A DNA stretch of 64,000 nt from positions 82,894,001 through 82,958,000 of the forward strand of contig NC_043003.1 of NCBI RefSeq assembly GCF_006345805.1. The letters run 5' to 3'. The position numbers and the translations under genes are program-made. Position 1 is the stretch's first letter, and every line of letters begins with the position of its first letter. Positions 56,352 through 64,000 of the stretch are shown here, one piece after another. Source of the stretch: Octopus sinensis. Its lineage: Eukaryota. Below the pieces are notes generated by a model. It worked only from the letters and a program-made list of their open reading frames with translations. It was not told the DNA's origin and did not search any database.

Positions 56352-56585
56352 TAATATGTATATATGTGTGTGTGTGTATGTGTGTCTCTTTGTATGTGTA
56401 TCTTGTATTATTCGTTTATTGGTGGGATCAACAAAGATTTACTGTATACCATTTAATAAATATAGGATTTAAATACGAGCTACTATAAGTAACATGACGA
56501 AATCGTATAGCGTGCCGTTAACAATTCTGCAATCTTTAAGGATCAAATTAAATATGGTTGCTCTCTGAGAATAGACGACAAATAC

Positions 56586-56651
56586 CGTAAAGTAAATTTC
56601 TCGTTCTTTCTTCAATGACGACCGATTCCCAATTATCATCCTTTGCAAAAT
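56586..56651 (-). CDS. candidate 66-nt exon (xFAKDDNWESVVIEERTRNLLY)
   Basis: First AG after a long pyrimidine tract, donor G|gtattt, open frame, purine-rich. Confidence 0.35.
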
Positions 56652-58721
56652 CTACACCCAGTAAAAGGGTCACGGAGTGTTTCCGAAATATAGATATAGA
56701 TAGGGAAATGTGACAAAATATACATAAACAATAACGGTAAGAGTCTCTATATTCTTAGGTATGATTCTTCCAAAATGTGATACTATATGTATTTTTCGTG
56801 CTTTATTTTGTTTGAATCTTTGTTTGGAGAGTGATGTATCTACAAAACATTTTACATCACACAATACATAATTATTTCAGTCATTTTACTAAATTAGTTT
56901 AATAATATGAAATCGTCCTATTTATTGTCATACTTAATATCATTTACGTTGTCAAATTACTGAATAAATTTAAACTTCCGACTTCTAGACGATGTATAGT
57001 ACCCAAACGTGTAAGAAATTAGTACATGGAATCAAATATGTGTCTGTGTGTTTTTGTGTGCATATACGTGTGCCTGCTTATGTGTTCGTGCTTAAATCCA
57101 CTCCGTTATATCAAAAATATCTAACTGTATGCAATAAAATTATATCGCTGAATGAAAAGTTGGTTTTAATATAATTATTTCGAGCAAAATTTGGAACCAT
57201 CTCAAATTTAATTAACGAATAAAATGGAAGTTATCACATTAAATTGAAATAAAACTTCAGGATAAAGAATACCTAGAGAATTATCCCGAAATCATTTCAT
57301 TGTTTTCGCGTATTTTCTTCTTAAGAATCGATAAGTTCCGTTTACTATACGATAGTCCATGTTGCACTATCTTTACAAACTTACATACACGCATACGCGC
57401 GCATGTACGCACTCACGCATACACACATACGCATACACGCGCATATGTACACACACATATGTACACACAAATATACATGAACTAAAGTTTCCACATAATT
57501 AGTGTTGGATTGGAATTGTATCTGCATGTCAGAAATTTTATATCTTTTCAGAATTAATAATAGATAAATTACATACATTCGGCATTCCTTCTAGCTATAA
57601 ATATAAATATACATACGTTTTATACATACATACATGCATACATACCTGTGTGTGTGTGTGTTTGTCGACATGTGTGCGTGTGTGTGTGTGCATATGACAA
57701 TTTATTTATATTAATATATCAATATTAATGCACTTCCAGGTTGCGATACTTTGATTGGTTAACGAAATGCTGTCCATCGGTGAGCAGACTTTCAAAGTTC
57801 GAACGACTATCAGAAACATCAAATTCTTAAATTTGTTAGTTATTGTTTTTTGTTTTTTTTGGAAAACAGTTTGAATCCATAGAGGAAAGCCATTTGCCAG
57901 AGCTTCGTCATATTTGAGCTCATTTCTGTTTTAAAATGAGCTTCTATTCCGTTTCTTTTGGCACGTTTCCATTTTAGAATTACCTAAGTCCCAACTGAGT
58001 GCTGTCACAAAAAGACACTTTTCCACGTAAACGTACTATATTGCTTACATTGCTTCTGTTACTCAAAACTGTTTTTTATTCAAGCGAATGTTTAATTGTA
58101 ACATTAGTAATTCTTCAATCACTATTTAACATTTTCGATAGTAACGAATTTTATTTTGCGCGTGTTTGATAGCGAATATGCCCAACGAAAGAGAAAAAAG
58201 TATCTAGCATTCTCAGCATCGTTGCAGGACAAAGTCCCTTTGTTAGAGGTATATGTGTGTTTTTAAATATACAACGTCCATAACACATCTCCATACGAAT
58301 ACCACAGTTAATTTTCCTTTGCGCGATGTATCTCCATTAACTACGATACAGAGATGGCTATAAAAACGGTAAAGAAATACGATAAGTAAAAATTAAATAA
58401 AGTGAGAAATAAGTTAATACAAATGTATGACAATTAAAGTATGTGTATTTTACGATAAAGTAAATCATTAATAAGGAACAATTTAAGTATGTAATTACAA
58501 TGCTTTCTGATTGGGGCAAAAATTTTGCTATTTTGATGGGAGAGGAGGTCAATTGACTAGTACTTTATTTTATCGACCCCGAAAGGATGACAGATAGAAA
58601 TTGAATTTAGAACGAAAAAAGCGCCGCAAAAAATGTGGGTAACGATTCTGAAATATCGCCCATTATTCGAAACAACAATAACAATAACATCAACAACAGC
58701 AACAACAACAACAACAATAAT

Positions 58722-59260
58722 AAATGCCCTGATGCAGTACCAGACAGTGGCTTTCATGGCTTTTGATCTTAACTGATTGGAAGTGTAATCTTGCACATTG
58801 TTTGTCCTGGTATGAAAGCTGGGCTACAGCAAATATTCTGCTCAATACCATAGATTTGCTTGTCAATTGCTTGACCTTAACCAGTTGAGCATGTCCCTTA
58901 GTGGCTGACGATATGAGCATCTTTGATCGCGAACAGAAGTGGTGGGGAATCATCATAGCCATGTGTTGAGAGGAATGTTTTGGAGTGTGAATAATTCACC
59001 TTTGGAAACATAGGTGTTTTGTTCATCATCCATACACAAACCTTACTTATTTAGGGACATTTTGAGAAAATTCTAACTGGGCCGCACCTGCAAGGTCAAG
59101 CGCTGTTTATCTTGATATAAGATCATCATGTCGCACACACATGGTTGTAATGCACGTGCCTAGTGTACCCTTATCAGACGGTTAATCATGATGGGTATAT
59201 TGGACTTCGTATATTTTACCCCAGTGTCACTTTCAAGGCATGCATTGCTCTCTCTCACTC
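58722..59260 (+). mobile_element. full-length copy (539 bp) of the TAA-embedded retroposon with (GAA)n 3' flank
   Basis: Same 5' (aaatgccctgatgcagtacc) and 3' (ctctctcactc) ends as 45704-46260. Confidence 0.85.
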
Positions 59261-59439
59261 AAGAAGAAGAAGAAGTAGGAGAAGAAGAAGAAGAAGAGAA
59301 GAAGAAGAAGAGAAGAAGAAGAAGATAAAGAAGAAGAAAGAAGAAGAAGAAGAAGAAGAAGAAGAAGAAGAAGAAGAAGAAGAAGAAGAAGATGAAGAAG
59401 AAGAAGAAGAAGAAGAATCCTTTGCACTACTATAGGCAC

Positions 59440-59637
59440 ATGGCCTGAAAGTTTGGTGGGGGGGACTTGTGGATTATATTGGCCCCAGTGTTCGACTGGT
59501 TCGTATTTTCATCGACCGTGAAATGATGAAAGACAAAGTCGACCTTGCAAGTATTTGAACTCAGAAAGCGAAGGCGGGCAAAATGTCACTGAGCATTGTG
59601 CCCGTCGTGTGCCACGGATTCGACCAGCGCGCCGCTT
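59440..59637 (-). mobile_element. SINE family A
   Basis: gaaagacaaagtcgacc..tttgaactcagaa..gcgcgccgc in reverse orientation. Confidence 0.7.
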
Positions 59638-60109
59638 TAATAATAATATATTAATACTGGATGTATGAAGCCTGACCTTCATACATCCAATAATAGTGAT
59701 TCTGTGGCATTTTTTATATACCATGTTATGTTGCTTTCTTCTCCTCTAATGCTTGCTTCGCATCCAATCAATCATTTTCCCTCTCTTTTTCTTGGTACAT
59801 ACAGTCTCTCTGTGTCACATGTGGGTGGAGTAACCCATATCAAGTCAGTAACTTTCCTGTCTTTCTGTCTAAGCTATTTAGTTTGTCTACTGTCCATGCG
59901 ATTACTCTGCTCCGTATCTAAGTATTGACACCGTCCAGTGGTTGATAACTTCAATCTTATTCTGTCCGTTTAATTTTGACTTAAGTATCAGTCTCAGTCT
60001 GCGCAGGTACTCCACCTAAAACCTTTCTGTCCTTTCTTTCTCCGTCAATTTTCTTATTTCTATTACTTTTATCATTATTATAAAAGTAATAGATTTTATT
60101 ATAAATGTA

Positions 60110-61632
60110 ACAGGTGTTACTTGTATTGCGTTTTGATGATGCTAGTGCAAGAAGAAAAAAGAAGTGATGATATATTGGAGCCCATAAGAGGAGTCAACAA
60201 GAGACTATGGCATTACAAACAGCCAGGAACAGTCTTCGCTACATTTGCGGTACCTGCCAGAGGGAGTGTTTGTCCAGGATAGGACTACACAGCCACAGCA
60301 GGAAATGTATCAGGACATGAAATATAAAAGCCGGACTAGACTACTTTATGCGCAACTCCATTGTCTCCCGAGACAGAAAGGATGCCAACCGATAAGAGGA
60401 GTATTTGAAATGTGGAATCAGAATTTGAAAGATGGATATGTTCCAAGTTCATGCAAGACAATTGATGAACAATTAGTTTCATTCAGAGGGTGCTGTTCAT
60501 TCTGGGTATATATTCCTTCAAAACCAGGGAAATATGAAATTAAAATTTGGGCAATATGCAGCAGTGAAACATCTTATGCCTGGAAAATGCAAATCTGCAC
60601 TGGAAAAGGTCCAGTAAAAGGGAGAGAGACAAATCAAAGTTCAAGAGTTGTTGAAGACCTAGAAAAAGAACTTGAAAATACTGGTCGCAATATAACTCGT
60701 GATAATTTTTTTGCAAGTCCGGAAATGGCTTGAAAGCTGCTTGGCAAGAAAACTACTTTAGATGGAACAATCAGAAAGAACAGAGTTGAACTTCCAAGTG
60801 CTTTCGCAACGGATAAAGAAACATAAATCAAATTCTATGATCCTACTTTATTGTCCCAAGAAAAATTATGTAGTCCCACTTACGAGTACAATGCACTCTC
60901 AGCCTTCAATTGATTCAAATAGTACTGAAAAGAAACCTGAATTTATTGCATGTTACAACAAAACAAAATTAGGATTAGATACATTAGATAAGATGGTAAG
61001 GACAAAAACTTGCAAGAGAATGACTCGAAGATGGCCTTTGGTTATATTCTACAACATGATTGATATAAATGCAGTGAATGCTTTCATTGTTGCTAAAAGC
61101 TTCACTTGCAAAGTTTCAAGGATAAAAGAAGACAGTGCCTAATTCAGTTAGGAAAGGAACTTGCTAGAGTTAATTCTAAACAAGAACATGACAAACAATC
61201 TTCTAGTTCTGTTAACATTTCTCAACCAAACAAGAGAAGAGGATCTTCAGCCTCATTTGAAATTCTTCAGCCAAAGGAAAAGGAAGATGTTCTTTGTGTG
61301 GCCCAAAAAAGATAAGGAAACTCGTGCTGCATGTAAGAATTGTAATTTCCCTGTTTGCCAAGAACATTCCAATGTTGTCTACATTCACTGCCATGAAGTG
61401 CTGTAATTCTGTAATTATGTAATTTTTTTAATTTATAATATTCTGCAAGCTGTATATTTTTTTTTAGGAAAATTTATGAGAAATAGTAATTCCTCATTCA
61501 CCTGATAGCATATAAAATGTAGGTAAGAAATAGTGGTAGTTTTAATATTATTTAATTAAAAGAAAAAAAATATTGGGTCCATTGAACCCAGTTGGTAATT
61601 AGTGGCATACATTTTCTCTGATAGACCAAGGG
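60110..61632 (+). mobile_element. piggyBac (PGBD4-like) transposon relic, 5' end missing
   Basis: LRFDD, TIDEQL..KPGKY, ITRDNFF, YNKTK..DTLD, C-terminal Cys-rich C..C..VC.EH. Ends ...CCAAGGG|TTAA at 61632. Stops and frameshifts present. Confidence 0.9.
60195..60391 (+). mobile_element. RTE 3'-end insertion (197 bp) inside the piggyBac transposase
   Basis: YICGTCQRECLSRIGLHSHSRKC plus RTE-like 3' UTR. 11-bp TSD ATAAGAGGAGT at 60184-60194 and 60392-60402. Confidence 0.9.
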
Positions 61633-62389
61633 TTAATATATGATTATTAAGAAATGTTCAATAATTGATTATTTTTTAAGAGATTTAAATTTATTTAAAG
61701 TCCTGCAAATTCTGTTATTAATTCTTGTGGCCACTGAGCAATAACTATCAATAAAACATCAATTGATAACTTGTTTATTTTACACAGCTTCAGAAGATTA
61801 CATCTTTTTTATTGTTCTAAATCTCCTGAGCTGTTGTGTTTGTGTTGTGTTTCAATACACAAACTACATTTTATTTCAAATTATAAATTGAAGCCCACGT
61901 AATGACTTCATTTAACATGAAAGGTAACTCGAATTCCGCGCATATTTTTCATGTAGTATCGGTTGTTCCTTTCTGATTGCTAGGTCATAGCGTTATGAAA
62001 TGAAAGGTAGTATTTAATTATTTTGAATGCCAATGACATGTTAGAAGTCTCATAATAATTCATACAAAACTCATGAAGCTACTTTTAAATTCGTAAAATA
62101 TGTATTAAATGGAGAAGAAAACACATTGTACATAAAATGAAACGGTATTTTCGTTAACTCAGTGTGGTGAATCGAGAAATGTAATGTATCAAAATTCCTC
62201 CTGTGGAAAGGAAAAATAATTATTGAGCAGGGTAATGAGGCGCGTGTCTGACCTTTGCAGTAGAGGAACAGAACAGACGTTTTGTATTATTTCATCTCCT
62301 CAGTGACGTATTTTAATACTTACAAGTACTCACGAAACAACAGCAAATTACTTTTAAGTGATGGTGATTATTTCATTCATCCTTTGCAG

Positions 62390-62446
62390 ACTCGATTTTC
62401 GGATCATATTCTTCATCTGATTCCAGATAAATTGGAAATATACCAA
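62390..62446 (+). CDS. candidate 57-nt plus-strand exon (TRFSDHILHLIPDKLEIYQ)
   Basis: Acceptor ttatttcattcatcctttgcag|, donor CAA|gtaaga, single open frame, phase 0-0. Confidence 0.3.
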
Positions 62447-63699
62447 GTAAGAATTTTCTCTTAAACAGTGACGCACACAACACAAACATCTAAGATTTTA
62501 GTTGGCGTGTTAACACCATATTTTTACTAGATTATTGTGACAGCGAAAGATTATAGATAACTCTATATTCCATCCTCTGAATTTAAACATGGTTAATCTC
62601 CTGTTAATAGATTTCACTGTCCTTGAATCTAGAACACAGGACAATCGGTTTCGCTGAGTGTCATCGATGTATATTTATATATTTAAGATCAAATGCTTTA
62701 GCTTATCTGGCTCGATGAAGTTATTAAAAAGTGGTATAACCTACTAATATAGTACATGACCATGCTGAGAGATTTTGCTGAATCTCAATAAACACTTCAC
62801 TAAATGCCGCATCTTTTTGAGCACAACGAATTTTGGAAGGAAATTACTCATTGGATAACGTAGAAAGCGTAGTGAAGTCCAAACAAATCCAAATGTTTAA
62901 ATATTCTTCTCATGCAGCAAGTAAAAAAATAAACTTGTCTAATATTTTTACAGTATATTTGCCAAAATATCTTTATATCTAAATCATTGCAATTCGGTAT
63001 TGATTTACAGTACATCAAAGTGTGATATCAACAACATTACAATCCGTCGAGGTCCGATAGTATAGGTGCAGATGTAAATTAGTAGTTACATAATAAGATA
63101 TAGAGTGATGGTGGCTCCTCTAAGAAGGATGACTAGATCTGGCTAACACGCACAAACTGGTAACAAGAAGTGGGGAAGATTATTCAGCCCGGAGGAAACT
63201 ACCCAGATCGCAGAAACAGAAACCACTTTAGTAACGAAATAAAAAAAAATGGTGGAGAGGGGTGTCAGTGTGTCAGTAGGTTAAATTTGGAGTGCATTGT
63301 TAAACGACGGTTAGGCAAGCAGTCTACTAACTATTATTTCTGGACGTGGTTTATTATGCTCAAGTATGTACTTTCCAGATATATTATCTCTACAGTAATG
63401 CATGTGAGTTACAAATATTAATTGATGTATTTTTCAGTTTTGAAAAGAATTCTTTTACTCTGTTTTGCTCTGATCGGCTTGAGGATAAATAGAAGACACT
63501 TGACTAAGGTGCCACACAGTGTGAGTGAGCTCAAAACCATGTGGTTGGAAAACAAGCTTCTTAACACACGCCATAACTGTACCTATTCACAATCTTGTTC
63601 ATGCAGTCTTTGTTATGTTAATGATGTACGATCTGGAGAAGAGAGCTTTAGTGATGGTGAATTCTAATATTTGATTCGATTGTGAAGTTTCTAGTTACA

Positions 63700-64000
63700 A
63701 CCCATGTTTAGGTGGGAAGGCAAGGGACGATAATGTTTTCTTTACAGTTGAAATGATTGTATCGTTTTACTGTTGACAAGAACGGAACGGCTTCCTTGAA
63801 AGATGTTCCTTCGGATCTCAGATCATTGTATTAGTGCAGATTTCAAGTGAAATGTCATGGTGCGTAAGGATAACGCTTTTTTATGGGAAGCAAAAGTAGT
63901 ATCATCTGCGTGTAGGAGGAAAAGTCTATGGAATAAAACGGAACCTCAGGGAACGTCAGAGTTGGCAGAATGAGGGTCAGAGAGATCTTCATCTACACAG
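63700..64000 (-). mobile_element. old CR1/L2/Jockey-group RT relic
   Basis: SDVP*GSVL..LFLL..HADDTTF resembles GVPQGSVLGPLLF..YADDT. Confidence 0.6.

Overview
AT-rich, microsatellite-dense animal genomic DNA. The SINE families, R4/RTE/CR1 LINEs and repeat density suggest an octopus or other coleoid cephalopod (inference). A large part of the window is decayed transposable elements, and no intact ORF for an autonomous element was seen. Retroelements: RTE LINEs, a CR1/L2-group LINE, at least seven R4/Dong pieces co-oriented with (TAA)n, a Penelope-like element (RT + GIY-YIG) and many tRNA-derived SINEs. DNA elements: Tc1/mariner/maT elements and MITEs, three non-autonomous Helitrons and a piggyBac. 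A few short splice-site-bounded open frames on the minus strand (best 52186-52315) suggest the window is mostly intron of an unidentified gene. Two signals stand out. (i) Minimal type I hammerhead ribozyme folds in three different Penelope-type termini within about 9 kb: an inverted pair, a U3-A8 covariant core and a decayed copy. (ii) A ~550-bp non-coding retroposon with no tRNA head, found five times and always inside NAA triplet repeats next to R4/Dong elements. Folds and alignments were done by eye, so boundaries are approximate unless termini are quoted.
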